From NCBI GenBank assembly GCA_951406725.2, contig OX597817.1:163122001-163186000 (forward strand): 64,000 nucleotides of DNA, read 5' to 3'. The notes beneath the pieces were generated by a model. It saw only the letters and a list, made by a program, of their open reading frames with translations, did no database searches and was not told the DNA's origin. This stretch comes from Octopus vulgaris. Lineage: Eukaryota. The translations under genes were made by a program, and so were the position numbers. Below, piece by piece: positions 13,112 through 27,050 of the stretch. Within the stretch, counting starts at the first letter, position 1; each line of letters begins with the position of its first letter.

Positions 13112-13552
13112 AGAGAGAGCAGAGGTGAGGAAAAATAAAAATTTGAAGAGATAAATTCTGAGATGAATAATAATAGGAAGAGCAAAGGTGTCCAGCTAGC
13201 AGAATCAATAGCACAATAGGCAAAATTCTTAGCAGCATTTCTTTCGGCTTTACGGTCTGAGTTCGAATTCCATCACGGTCGACTTTGTCTTTCACCCCTT
13301 CGGGATTGTTGACTGTCGGGGTCGATGTAATTGACTGGCTCTCTCCCCACCAAATTCCGGGCCTTACATTAGAAAGTAATAATAGAAGGAACGAGTGATA
13401 TTTGTATTTGGCAACATAAACGGTCCTCGAATGGAGTCATTTTGCGATCATTCGACCTGCTAGAAATAAGAACAAATTCTCCTTCAAAGTACACATTACT
13501 GTATGAAAAAACCCAACAAGAACAAAAAAAAAAACAAAAAAAAAAACAAACA

Positions 13553-13976
13553 GGCGCAGGAGTGGCTGTGTGGTAAGTAGCTTGCCTACCAACCACATGG
13601 TTCTGGGTTCAGTCCCACTGCGTGGCATCTTGGGCAAGTGTCTTCTGCTATAGCCCCGGGCCGACCAATGCTTTGTGAGTGGATTTGGTAGACAGAAACT
13701 GAAAGAAGCCTGTCGTATATATGTATATGTATATATGTATGTGTGTGTGTTTGTGTGCCTGTGTTTGTTCCCCTAGCATTGCTTGACAACCGATGCTGGT
13801 GTGTTTATGTCCCCGTCACTTAGCGGTTCGGCAAAAGAGACCGATAGAATAAGTACTGGGCTTACAAAAAAAGAATAAGTCCCGGGGTCGAGTTGCTCGA
13901 CTAAAAGGCGGTGCCCCAGCATGGCCGCAGTCAAATGACTGAAACAAGTAAAAGAGTAAAAGAGTAAAAGAGTAAA
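13553..13976 (+). mobile_element. SINE family A, full length
   Basis: Complete match with a (TAAAAGAG)n tail. Confidence 0.9.
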
Positions 13977-14246
13977 CAAAAAACAAAAAAAAAAACAACA
14001 AAAAAACAAAAACAAAAACGAAATGAAGTCAAAACCCACCCCGAAAGGTACATTAGGTAATGTCGTACAAAAAATACAATCGGGGAGGGCAGTCACGAAT
14101 GGAATACCTTTAGTCAAAGGGCTCTTTGGTGGAATATATGGTGAGATTAAACAATAACTGCAACAAAGTTTACCCCTGGTTTCTACAACTAATGTCTCTA
14201 CTTATCAAAGCTCATTGGTTATTATTATAATTATTGTCTGGTCTTA

Positions 14247-14465
14247 AGGCGGCGAACTGGCAGAATCGTTAGCATGCCAGGCAAAATGCTTAGCGGCATT
14301 TCGTCCGTCTTTACATTCTGAGTTCAAATTCCGCTGCGGTCAGCTTTGCCTTTCATCCTTTCGGGATCGATAAATTAAGTACCAGTGAATCACTTGGGTC
14401 GATGTAATCGACTGGTTCCCTTCCACCAAAAATGTTAGGCCCTGTGCCTTTAGTAGAAATGATTA
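14247..14465 (+). mobile_element. SINE family B
   Basis: GGCGGCGAACTGGCAGAATCGTTAGC head, GTTCAAATTCC B-box-like motif and Meta-like domain. Confidence 0.85.
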
Positions 14466-14720
14466 TTATTGCTTGGTCTGTATTTCGTAAACAATTGATG
14501 TTAATACAGGACCTTTTCAATCTAGTGATTATCCTCGCTCTGTAGAGTTTGAAAGTAGATTAACCAAAACAAATATTGAAAAATCTATAAGATTTAATAT
14601 AAAATATAGACACAAAGGAAGAAAACTATTTAATTTTGCTCTCTTTGCAACCACATGGCGCGGTATCTTGGGCAAGTGTTTTCTATTAAAGCCACAGGCC
14701 GACAAAAACTTTGTGAGTGG

Positions 14721-14820
<100 letters not shown>

Positions 14821-15081
14821 CTGTTGTGTCTGGGGAGAGTCATTCTCTTTTAGTGCCTTATAATGTAACACACTCACCGGTAAAATTTCCACTTATTTCT
14901 TTTTTAATTTCTCTAAAATTTTCGTTGCGTCTTGCAACCTTTTCAATAGTTTTAACTCAAAACAGTTTTGAGTGTTAAATTATAAGGCACTAAAAGAGAA
15001 TGACTATCCCCAGACACAACAGAATATGCTTCAATACACGAACTCACATAAAGAATCTTGCAAACCAAATCCCAAAACGAA
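14821..15081. mobile_element. Asymmetric inverted-repeat element (probable Penelope-like end)
   Basis: Inverted arms of about 51 bp (14821-14871 / 14972-15022), then a ~58-nt unpaired tail running into (TA)n; degenerate hammerhead-like motif on the minus strand at 14913-14949. Confidence 0.5.
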
Positions 15082-15149
15082 ATATATATATATATATATA
15101 TATATGTAATAAATCTCTGAACGAGGTATAAACAGTAGCTGCACGACAA

Positions 15150-15289
15150 TGTGAAGTATATTTGCCACTTAAATGTGGCTAACCACGAAGGGTGGATCCT
15201 ACTGTAGCTTGTAGCCCCAAGAGAACATTTTCTCCAGTAGCATTCATCCTTCGTGGTTAGCCACATTGAGGTGGCAAATATACTTCACA
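15150..15289. mobile_element. MITE-like inverted repeat
   Basis: Arms of about 45 bp TGTGAAGTATATTTGCCAC...CCACGAAGG and their reverse complement, with a ~45-nt spacer. Confidence 0.6.
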
Positions 15290-15364
15290 CACACACACAC
15301 ACGTATATTGTATGTGTGTGTGTATGTGTGAGTGTATGTGTGTGTATGGATATGTATATATGTG

Positions 15365-15432
<68 letters not shown>

Positions 15433-15470
15433 CACCTATCTATCTACGTATATAAAATGTGTAGGTATAT

Positions 15471-15537
<67 letters not shown>

Positions 15538-15847
15538 CGTGTATACATGTATGTATATATATGTATACATATATATAAATGTATATATATATATGTGTGT
15601 GTGTGTCTTTGTGTTAGTGTTTGCCCCTACCACCGGTTGACAACCAGTGTTAGTTTGTTTACAACCCCGCTATCTCGCGATTCGGCCAAAGGGACTGATA
15701 GAATAGGTAGCAGAGTAGAAAATAAATAAGTGGGTCGATTTGTTCCACTAAAGTTTTAGCCATGAATCCCTTAAAGGCAGTGCTCCAGCATGACCGGGGA
15801 ACAATGATTGAAACAAGTATTACGTCGTGTATAATACAGGTCTCCAG

Positions 15848-16063
15848 GGCGGCGAGCTGGTAGAATCGTTAGGATGCCAGGCGAAATGCTTAGCAGTATT
15901 TCGTCTGCCTCTACGCTCTGAGTTCAAATTCCGCCGAGGTCGACTTTGCCTTTCATCCTTTCGGGGTCGATAAATTAAGTACCAGTTACGCACTGGGGTC
16001 GATGTAATCGACTTAATCCCTTTGTCCCTTCTATGTTTAGCCCCCTGTGGGCAATAAAGAAAT
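15848..16063 (+). mobile_element. SINE family B, full length with 16-bp TSD
   Basis: TATAATACAGGTCTCC on both sides. Confidence 0.9.
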
Positions 16064-16419
16064 ATATAATACAGGTCTCCTCACCCCAGAGATTATTCTC
16101 TTTCTGTTGAGAAGAGCTCGAGAGTAGATCAACCGAGGAAAATATAGCAAAAAAAAAAAAAGTACTGGAAAACTGACTGGTTTAATGCAAAAATTTAAAC
16201 ATCAACGAACAAAACTATTTAGATATGTAGGTGAGCCAAATTCTGTGGTTGTGGTTGTGGTTGTGGTGGTGGAGGGTGATGATGCGTGGGGAGGGGAAAC
16301 AAAACAGTTTGTTTTTATTTTCATGTTGGTAAACTTCCATGGTCCTACATTCAAATTAATTGTTTTATGTATTTTCAGGCATGATAAAGCAGTCATGCAC
16401 GCACGAACATACACACACG

Positions 16420-16508
<89 letters not shown>

Positions 16509-16534
16509 TTACACACACACATGCATATATATGT

Positions 16535-16606
<72 letters not shown>

Positions 16607-16851
16607 GAGAAAGAAGCAACAAGAATGGATTAGTTTTTAGTATTTAGTTTTTAGTTTTTAGTAAATCTTAATTGCTTTTATATATATATATATATATATA
16701 TCATGTATGCGTGTGTCTGATCTTGTGTGTGTTTGCGTGTGTGATTATTATCCATTATGGAAAGCAATAAACATTAACTGATAAACGCAGTAAGTAGATA
16801 CACCTGCGATAATTATAATTCCATAGATATGACATAACACATATGCATACA

Positions 16852-16894
<43 letters not shown>

Positions 16895-17474
16895 AACACA
16901 TGTTTATATATATCGATGACAAAGTAATGTGTGCATTATGTACAAAAATAAAGCTCACACAAAAAGAAAATGAAAATCATTATCTATAAATAGAATTAAT
17001 GATAGTCGTGAATAGCTTATTGACGTCATGTACCTTTTAATGACGTCACTACAAAGGATTTCCCCTGAACACTCCTCGGTAAACGTTTTACGAAAACGAC
17101 TTGCAGGAATTACAGAACTCGAAAACTAGTTTCCATTTTATATATAGCTATTATTGGCAGAGTGCATATAAATATATTTATGTTCTGGTTGTTAGACTTC
17201 CCTACATAATGTCTCAAATTACGAAAGATAAATATTTGCAGGACAGATTTGGGCGTACGTTTCACTTGTAGATATAACGTCTCCTTCTTTGTGTATCAAT
17301 CTATCTATCATACCTATCTTTCTATCACTGCCACCATTACCACTTCTTTTCTCTATTCTTTCTCCATCTCTATGCATACTACATACACGTTCACGCCAAC
17401 AGACATGCACATATATACATATACACACACGTGTCGTGTACATATATAAATGCATAACGCATAGCATATACGTG

Positions 17475-17508
<34 letters not shown>

Positions 17509-17627
17509 CTCACACACACACAAACATATATATATCTCGATAGATATTTATATATGTGTATGTACATGTATATATAAATATATGTATATATATACATATA
17601 CATATATATATATATATAATGTAATAT

Positions 17628-17874
<247 letters not shown>

Positions 17875-18329
17875 GTGAATATATATATATATATATGTGA
17901 ATATATATATATGTATAAATATATATATGTGTGTGTGTGTATGAATGTATATATAGTCTGTAAATGTGTACAAAGAGAGAAAAAGTAGGAACTACATGAG
18001 TTGAACCACGTAGCAATCGTTTGCCGAGAGGTCGTGCTAAATATGCATACATACATACATGCATACATACATGTATACACACACACATATATATATATAG
18101 TTTCTTAAATGGCTTATAAACACCTTACACACTGCAATTATTTTCGTTCCAGTACATGATCTCAGATCAGGTCACTTGCTATGCAAGTACATTTCCGTAA
18201 TATATATATATATTCTGTTATTCGGTTATTCTGTTTGTAACTCTTTACGAGCCATAGATGCCTCCTGGTTAACTTCCACCACTTTATTTACAAGGAAGAT
18301 ATAGATTCTATTTCTGTGTTTACAGCCGT

Positions 18330-18440
18330 AATTGATTTACTGAATTTAATTTTTATGCCGTGTTGCTTTTATTAATTCTGGCGAATTCTTTGTTATTATA
18401 TAGTTTATATTGTCGATGATTGTTGTGCATTCATTTTTGC
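18330..18440 (-). mobile_element. Possible Penelope-like (Naiad-type) C-terminal remnant
   Basis: Minus-strand TKNSPELIKATRHKN resembles the LNKRSELxxxCRHxNK terminus of these elements. Confidence 0.35.
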
Positions 18441-19007
18441 TCATAATAACTAACACAATTCTCTTACCAATTAAACACATAATTTTGTCTGGTTTGAGAT
18501 AATTTAAAGTTAGTTTAATATTTTGTTATGTACGTTGTTGTTTCTGGGTTTGTATCTATGTATATTGCTTTCACACCTGAATAAGTCACGCAGTTTTTCC
18601 ATTAGTTTTCACCATACGTTCACCACAAGGCGGCGAGCTGGCAGAATCGTTTGCATGTCGGACGTAATGCCGATGAGGTCGATTTTGCTTTTCATCCTGA
18701 TAAAATAAGTTACATCTGAACACTGGGGGTTGATGTAATCGATTCAACCTTCCCCTAAAATTTCTGGCCTTGTGCCAAAATTTAAAACTATTCGTTTGCC
18801 ATTATAGTTTCAAGAGATTCAGTGATTATTTCAAGTTCACATTCTTGCCAATCGACTTTATGTTTACAAGATGGAACCATTACAGTATATTATTATATGA
18901 AGGGACACGAAGCAAAAGTTGATTGGAAGATCATTATTTGTTAGCATTCCTGTCCTTCATAAAACCACACATACACACGCACACACAATAAATGATATAT
19001 GTATGTA

Positions 19008-19208
19008 TCAAAATGTGACCGCATGATTTTTTTCCCTCCGTCTTCCTTCTCTGGATCTTTCCTTTTCCAATGTTTCTGACGAAGAGCTCCGCTCGAAACG
19101 TTAAACCCTCCTTCTTCCCTTCCTTCCTGAGCGTCCAATAATACTATACTTGTTCCACGTCCTCGCGTTGTTGTGTTTTCTCTTTGTGTTTTCATGTTTG
19201 GATTAACT
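19008..19208 (+). mobile_element. Short hammerhead-bearing element, family H2
   Basis: Close paralogue of 45164-45377 (minus strand); 3' end GGATTAAC joins (TA)n. Confidence 0.7.
19072..19106 (+). ncRNA. Minimal type I hammerhead ribozyme motif
   Basis: GTTT-CTGACGA-A-GAGC tcc GCTC-GAAA-CG-TT-AAAC; canonical CUGANGA and GAAA, with palindromic AACGTT helix III. Confidence 0.7.
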
Positions 19209-19220
19209 ATATATATATAT

Positions 19221-19305
<85 letters not shown>

Positions 19306-19609
19306 TAATTTAGAGACGAACCTCTATTCCACAACTCAGTCAATGAAGAACCCGTCCAAAACCATGATGTGAGAATGGTGGTTCGTCTCTATATTATATA
19401 CACGTACACATACGCATGCACACACACGCACATACACACACACACACACACAGACACACACACACACACACAATGACATAATAGATACAGACAATTAGTG
19501 ATTAGACCGAGCCAGAAAACTAAAATCTAATGTCGAACGAAGGGAGACGGGTTCCGGGGGGCAAACAGGAGGAGTCGGTTATAAGCAATGTACCAAGCAG
19601 AGCTAATAA

Positions 19610-19885
19610 AAGTATAAAAAGATGGCCAGACGGTTGTTAATGACATCAAACCATTTATAAAGTAGTTATACAGACGTGAGTATAAAAATATAGAAAAAAT
19701 ATAGAAAAACAGGAAAGTCAGAAGGATAAATATATATATTTATCTATGAAAAATTACTATGAAGTCTCGCTTTCCTGATTTTCCTGTTTTTCTCCTTAAT
19801 TTCAATATTTTTATATTCACTTCTGTGTAACTATTCTATGAATGATTTGGTGCTATTTACCTCCATCTATCCATCATTTTATTTT
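19610..19885. repeat. Old degenerate inverted repeat (arms about 110 bp)
   Basis: For example AGTAGTTATACAGACGTGAGTATAAAAATAT vs ATATTTTTATATTCACTTCTGTGTAACTATT, and AAAACAGGAAAGTCAG vs CTGATTTTCCTGTTTT. Confidence 0.6.
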
Positions 19886-20549
19886 ATTGTACTGATATAA
19901 ATACGCAGCAACAAACATTCATGTAAAATTGGAACAAAACCAGACGCCATGGCCAAGACTATCAGAGGTTCGCGTCAGCTAAACAAGGTAGAATATAAGG
20001 TTTTTATATACAGGCGTTAAATGCTAAAGCTGACACTGTTAAGTTTTCAATTATGAACGTGAAGTACAAAATTGTAGAAAGAAATTCCATATTTCCTCAT
20101 CTTCAGTTACTAATAGCTCACATGCCAACGAGTTTTAAAGTGGTCGCCTGACCTGCTAGAAATAGCAACCGAATTTTCCGTAAATCTCACTCTACTGCAC
20201 TGGGCCGGGAACGAAATTTGCTTTGGGGGTTCAAACCCAGGTCCAAAGTTTTTTACAAACAAGTTTTTATTGTTTTTATTTATTTTTGTTTTTGGTTCTT
20301 TGAGAAGAAACCTAACTTCAAGCTACTTTTTATAGATCTCTTTTTACGCACTGTTTTCTAAACCTGAGGAAAGTAAGTAGGGATGCAAATGTTGATTTTG
20401 CACCCAATGAAAATTTTAGGTGCACATGCACCCCCTACACCCCCTGCTCCTGGGTCCATGCCCTGCCGTCTTAAAGAAGGAAAAAGACATCGGATAATAT
20501 TGTCTTTAATAAAAATAATAAAAACATAAATAAATAAATAAGATTTGAT

Positions 20550-20935
20550 TATGTGGTTAGGATGCTCAATTTGCAACCACATAGATTCGGGTTCAATCTC
20601 ACATAAGAGTCTTCTGTTATAGCCCTTGATTGACCAATGTCTTCTGAGTGAATTTTGTTGACGGAAGGTGTGTGGATACCCATCGTGTTTGTGTGTGTGT
20701 ATACATCTCTCTCTCTATATATATGTGTGTCTTTGTCTTTGTTCCCCACCACTGTTTGACAACCGGTGTTGGTTTGTTTACGTTCCTGTATCTTAGTGGG
20801 GCAAACGAGACCGATAGAATATGTGCCAGACTTTAAAAAAATTAAAACAAGTACTGGGACTGATTTGTTCGACATAACACTTCAAGGGGCGGTGCTCCAG
20901 TTTGGCCACAGCCCAATGACTGAAAGAAGAAAAGG
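20550..20935 (+). mobile_element. SINE family A, degenerate
   Basis: Diverged head and 3' half, followed by (TAA)n. Confidence 0.75.
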
Positions 20936-20938
20936 AAG

Positions 20939-20997
<59 letters not shown>

Positions 20998-21141
20998 GAC
21001 AGTACGGTTGCAAATCTTGTTTTCATCATTAGTCTGTTGGATCATTGCTGAACAGTTCCGTTTCTTTATTACTGACCTAGCACTAACCCATCCCCTACCC
21101 GAGCAGCAGTAACGGTGGTAACTAATAGTTCATGTATCTTA

Positions 21142-21375
21142 AGACGGCGAGCTGGCAGAAACGTTAGCACGCCGGGTGAAATGCTTAGCGGTATTTCGTC
21201 TGTCTTTACGTTCTGATTTCAAATTCCGCCGAGGTCGATTTTACCTTTCATCCTTTCGGGGTCGATTAAATAAGTACCAGTTACGCACTGGGGTCGATAT
21301 AATCGATTTAATCTGTTTGTCTGTCCTTGTTTGTCCTCTTTATGTTTAGCTCCTTGTGGGTAGTAAAGAAATAGA
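21142..21375 (+). mobile_element. SINE family B, full length
   Basis: Complete match ending GTAGTAAAGAAATA. Confidence 0.9.
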
Positions 21376-21981
21376 AATAGGGTTATTATTGGTGTAGTTA
21401 TTATGTAGCGAATTGGTGGAGTCGTTAGGGCGTTCGGTAAATTACCTTATGGTGTACGTTCCGGAACTCCACGCTCTGAGTTCAAATCTCACGGGGATAA
21501 TCTTTGTCTTTCATCTTTTCGGCGTCAAGTAAATATAGGAATGGGCATTTGTGGTGGATAGGCAAAATTAATAAAGCGTAGGAAGAGATGCCTAGCAAAA
21601 GATGTTCCAGTTCTTCGCGTTCTGAGTTAAAAATTCCACTCAGGTGCTTAAAAATCATCTTCACCAACCCGCAGACTTTGTGTAGCAAGCAACGCAAAAC
21701 ATCAAAACAGCGCCAGCACCGAATTAGATGATGTTGAGCGGAGTAGAGAGAGGGATTCCTACGGCTGGAGTGGCATGTGTGATGATGACAATGAAGATGA
21801 TGACGACGACGATGGTGATGACGACAATGAGGATGATGACAACGATGATGATGATAATAAAGTTAGATGTCTGTGCAATAATATAGTATTTTGTCGGACT
21901 AATGATTACAATTTAAATATTTTATTCCCTCTCAACCTTATCTTTGAACACTTTATCCTAAGTGGGCAGATATAGCTTGAC

Positions 21982-22063
<82 letters not shown>

Positions 22064-22107
22064 ATATATATATATATATATACACGAGTATAAAATATAA
22101 ACGGTAT

Positions 22108-22486
22108 ACTCTCTTACTCTTTTACTTGTTTCAGTCATTTGATTGCGGCCATGCCTTTAGTATCGCCTTTAGTCGGACAAATAGACCCCAAGACTTATTC
22201 TTTGTAAGCCTAGTACTTAATCTATTGGTGCCTTTTGCCGGACCGGTACGTTAAAGGGGACATAAACACACCAACATCGGTTGTCAAGCGATGAAGCGGG
22301 GACAATATATATATACATATATACGACGGACTTCTTTCAGTTTCCGTCTACCAAATTCACTCACAAGGTTTTGGTCGGCCCGAGGGTACAACAGAAGACA
22401 GTCGCCCAAGGTGCTACGCAGTGGGACTGAAACCGGAACCATGTGGTTGGGAAGCAAGCTGCTTACCACACAGTCACGTCTACGCC
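22108..22486 (-). mobile_element. SINE family A
   Basis: Reverse-complement full-length copy. Confidence 0.85.
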
Positions 22487-22927
22487 TATGTATATTTTTC
22501 GTTCGTACAATTCATACCACGCAGTGCTCAGTATAAAAATTCAGTAGTATTAAAATAATGTTGTAATGTGAGATTATTCATTGTTTATGATATTTGTAAA
22601 AACGCAAAACCTGTAGCCTTCTGGTAAATGGGATTTCGTTTCTCTTATCTCTGATTATCATCAAGAAACCATTGATCGATTTCTGAATAAATTTCACCTT
22701 ACGATAAATATCATTGTTGAAAGCATTTAAAAGTTTAGAGTTCTAAGGTAGAGAAAAAAAAGCCATTTGTAGTGTTCCGAGTTGATATCTAATTTCAACA
22801 ACTCGATGTGCAATCTCCAAATATTACTTTGATTGTAAATGAAGTTTCACCTCATTCACAGATGAAATGTATATATAAAGTACACACATACAATAGAGTG
22901 CACAACAAATAGATAATTCAAAGATAC

Positions 22928-23090
22928 AGGCAAGGCTGTGTGGTATGAAGCTTCCTTCCCAATCACATGGATCTGAGTTCAGTCCCACTGCGTGGCGACT
23001 TGGACAAGCGTCTTTTATCATAGCTCTGGGCCGAACAAAGTATTATCAGTGGTTTTGGTAGATGGAAACCGAAAGAAGCCCACCGTATAC
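22928..23090 (+). mobile_element. SINE family A, 5' half
   Basis: Diverged head and CORE-like region. Confidence 0.75.
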
Positions 23091-24099
23091 ACACACACAC
23101 GCACACGCACACATATATATATTAATATTTTGCTTACGTATTGGGAGATAATAACCTGGTATTTTTTAATATGCTGGCCATTGATAAATTTTTTTTCGAA
23201 AATTTTATCCTATATTAGATATACATTTAATACAATTCACTTCCGGACTCTCTGACTCTATGAGAATTTTCAGTCCGATCCACATGCTGTGGAATTTATA
23301 TTTTGGATATATTTGGGGTACTTAAGTGTGCTCATGACTTAGTGTTTGCTTCTTCCATGGATACAAGTAAGTACCGCATTTATTTTCTTATCGTATTTGT
23401 CGCTGATGACGAGAAAATTCTGAATGAATTAACTCAGAAATTGGGACCGATCCGATAATAACGGAATTTTTTAGAAATTTCTATCGGCTTGTTTTCGAGA
23501 CGCGTGCATATAGTGATAAATCATACGGTTTCGCATTCTTCTTACGGTAGCAATAATTTCAGAGTGAAAACAAATTATGCTAACATGTTTGCATCAATAT
23601 GAACGCTCGCTATTGCACAAATCTATGCAGATAAAGAAGACTAGCTCATGAGATCACCAGAATATCATGGTTACACTAACGATCCAACTTCATAAGAGGA
23701 GTTTTTTGTGATTCTCTGAACCCATATTTTATACTATATGTGTGTGTATGTGCATGTATATATTCATACAGACACACAAGTACATATATACTCACATGCA
23801 CATGCACAGGCGGGCGTATAACGGCATAGATACTTCTATATATTAGCAAGAATGAGTAGACTTTTATTTATACTCGAATCTAATTGAAAATGTCATCAGA
23901 CATGAACATGATGATAAGAATTTACATGTATAGAATGGAGCAGTTACTGCAGCAATGTGGTAAGGTCAGAATGTTGATGGATGGTGAGTATTTGAAATAT
24001 ACATATGTCTTGTTATTAGTCAGCGGAAAAAGCCTCTGCACAGTCGTTCAGCTTGCTAAAAATAGCAACCGAATTCCTTTCTAAGACACGCTCCCATAT

Positions 24100-24320
24100 T
24101 AATTTCAAATTTTGGCACAAGACTAGCAATTTTTTGGGGAGAAGTCAGTCGATTACATCGTCTCCCCCCGCCCAGTGATCAACTGATACTTATTTCATCA
24201 ACTCCGAAAGGATGAATTGCGAAGTCAACCTCGGCGACATTTGAACTTAGAACGTATAGACGAACGAAATGTGCTAAACATTTTACCCGGTGTGCTAACG
24301 ATTCTGCCAGCTCGACGCCT
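24100..24320 (-). mobile_element. SINE family B, degenerate
   Basis: Reverse-complement head and Meta-like domain. Confidence 0.8.
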
Positions 24321-24447
24321 TCGACACGCGATCCCATATTAAGAAAAGAAAGATATACTGGACAGTGTAGACACATTTTAAAAAAAATATATGACTTTGT
24401 CCCAAGCAAGGCCTCAGTCCATCGTAGCGCAAGGGACTACTAAGAAA

Positions 24448-25228
24448 GGCGGCGAACTGGCAGAATCGTTAGCACACCGAGCGAAATGCTTAGCGGTATT
24501 TCGTCTGCCGTTACGTTGTGAGTTCAAATTACGCCGAGGTCGATTTGCCTTTCATCCTTTCGGGGTCGATAAATTAAGTACCAGTTCAACACTGGGGTCG
24601 ATGTAATCGACTTAATACCTATGTCTGTCCTTGTTTGTCCCCTCTGTGTTTAGCCCCTTGTGGGTAGTAAAGAAATGGGTATTTCGTCTGCCGCTACGTT
24701 CTGAGTTCAAATTCCGCTGCTGTTAACTTTGCCTTTCATCCTTTCGGGGTCGATAAATTAAGTACCAGTTACGCACTGGGGTCGATATAATCGACTTAAT
24801 CCGTCTGTCCGTCCTTGTTTGTCCCCTCTGTGTTTAGCCCCTTGTGGGTAGTAAAGAAATAGGTATTTCGTCTGCCGTTACGTTCTGAGTTCAAATTACG
24901 CCGAGGTCGACTTTGCCTTTCATCCTTTCGGGGTCGATAAATTAAGTACCAGTTACGCACTGGGGTCGATATAATCGACTTAATCCGTTGTCTGTCCTTG
25001 TTTGTCCCCTCTGTGTTTAGCCCCTTGTGGGTAGTAAAGAAATAGGTATTTCGTCTGCCGCTACGTTCTGAGTTCAAATTCCGCTGCTGTTAACTTTGCC
25101 TTTCATCCTTTCGGGGTCGATAAATTAAGTACCAGTTACGCACTGGGGTCGATATAATCGACTTAATCCGTCTGTCCGTCCTTGTTTGTCCCCTCTGTGT
25201 TTAGCCTCGTGTCGGCAATAAAGAAATA
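24448..25228 (+). mobile_element. SINE family B concatemer: one head plus four ~183-bp body units
   Basis: GTATTTCGTCTG recurs at about 24496, 24679, 24863 and 25046; the whole array is flanked by AAGGGACTACxAAGAA (TSD). Confidence 0.9.
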
Positions 25229-25579
25229 AGGGACTACAAAGAAGGAAAAGGAGGGGTATGCAAATTAACAAAGAACTTAAAAGACTGACTATCATACACT
25301 AGAGGAAAACAAGGCGATGGTTATGAGTTCGAGGAAAGAAGCTACTAGAATAAAAGAACAGTTATAATATACAAAAAGACAGGATGGTCATGGTTGCAAT
25401 GCATTTGATCATTATTCTGCATGGTCAGAACTGTCTTCAGGCTAAGCAGCAATAACAACAACGGAACGATGATAATAGCCTCACCATCACCACCACCACC
25501 AACAACGAGCCCTATAGTGAGCACTTACGATGTCACTAGATCTGTTAATGTCACTAGCCAGCTGTCCTTGATGGTGCAC

Positions 25580-25799
25580 TACAAGGGTGTGCTGAAAAGT
25601 TCTTGGCTTTAAGGATGTCGCGAAAGGCCTGGCTGGAGGCCCAACCTCTCGAATTCTTTTACAGAGTTTAGAAAAAACTGAAGGACCACTGCAATAAGTT
25701 TGTGAATCTGAGAGAAGAATATATTGAATAAAATCATAATTAACTAGTCCTCCACACTTCTCTTAACAAAGCGAAGGGTCTTATCAGAGGACCCTTGTC
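25580..25799 (+). mobile_element. Mariner-derived MITE
   Basis: TIR-like TACAAGGGTGTGCTGAAAAG / TTATCAGAGGACCCTTGT; internal peptide EKLKDHCNKFVNLREEYIE* resembles a mariner transposase C-terminus. Confidence 0.7.
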
Positions 25800-26097
25800 G
25801 ATCTGGCCGAGGTGATATGAACTCCTTCCCTCTCTGGTGAATTGTAGAATCACACTATTAACTGTAGAAAGTGAGATAAGGTTTTCTGTAATTTTACGCT
25901 ACGTCCACCTTCAGATTGATCCTCTTTGAAATTCGGACAGTTCCAAGGTTTCTTTTGAACGTAGCATGATTTAACAGTCACATATAGAACCTGTAACATA
26001 GAAATGTCGATTAATAAAAAATATAAATCTTTTCAAGTTAAAATAAATATAAAACGATGGTTTTTGGAGTGTCTATTTACTTTTGTCATATATGATA

Positions 26098-26275
26098 GAT
26101 CGTTAGCCACTACACACATATTTTTTCTCTCCTTGTTTTTTCTGTGTCCCTTTCTGTAGAAGAGCGTAAGCTCGAAACGTAAAAGACTTTTTCGATTCCT
26201 GAGCGTTATACTAATACATCTGTTTGTTTTGTACACCACCTGTCTTCTTCCTTTGTTTTTTTCGTAAACTCTCCC
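26098..26275 (+). mobile_element. Short hammerhead-bearing element, family H1
   Basis: Paralogue of 2660-2863; 3' end joins (TA)n. Confidence 0.65.
26150..26185 (+). ncRNA. Minimal hammerhead-like motif (variant core CUGUAGA)
   Basis: CTTT-CTGTAGA-A-GAGC gtaa GCTC-GAAA-CG-TA-AAAG; GUA cleavage triplet. Confidence 0.55.
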
Positions 26276-26915
26276 TATATATATATATATTTATATATAT
26301 ATATATATATATATATACAAGACGATATGTTGTCGATTGACATGCCTTTGATTATAAACCTTCTGAACTGCAACAACTTATCATCGTCATCACCAGTCTA
26401 CGCCTATCATACACAAAGTTATAGCGGGATAACTGAAGATAAAACAGCGTGTTGCGTGATGCTGTATACTTTCTGGGATCATTTCCAATTGAAACACTAA
26501 TCTTCACACACATACATATAACTATTTCACCACCCTAGATGTGAATGCACGAGATGTGAGTCTGAGATATCAGTGGAACTCAATCTAAGAAGACTGCTGG
26601 ATGTAATCCAATAGCTTGGCAATTTTTACCATTATGTAATGTAATTTGAAATATGGAGGCAGTGCAACATATATATATATATATAATATTGACATCTAGT
26701 GTCTATCAAATGATTTACTGTCTATCAAATATATTAGAGACTACTTGTGGGAAAACCACAGATGATGAATATTCGCTTTTGGAGTTAAGTATTTGCAGCA
26801 AACTTTTGAAGGGAGGTAACTGAATGAAATGCATGTTGCTTTTTTATCATTTAATATAATAAACATACAAACATGCAATGCATATATACTCTCTCCCTCT
26901 CTTACACACACACAT

Positions 26916-27044
<129 letters not shown>

Positions 27045-27050
27045 TACATA

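Noticed and set aside
20198-20460. hAT-like MITE inside a dispersed repeat
   Set aside because: GC-rich ends are suggestive but TIRs and TSD could not be defined.
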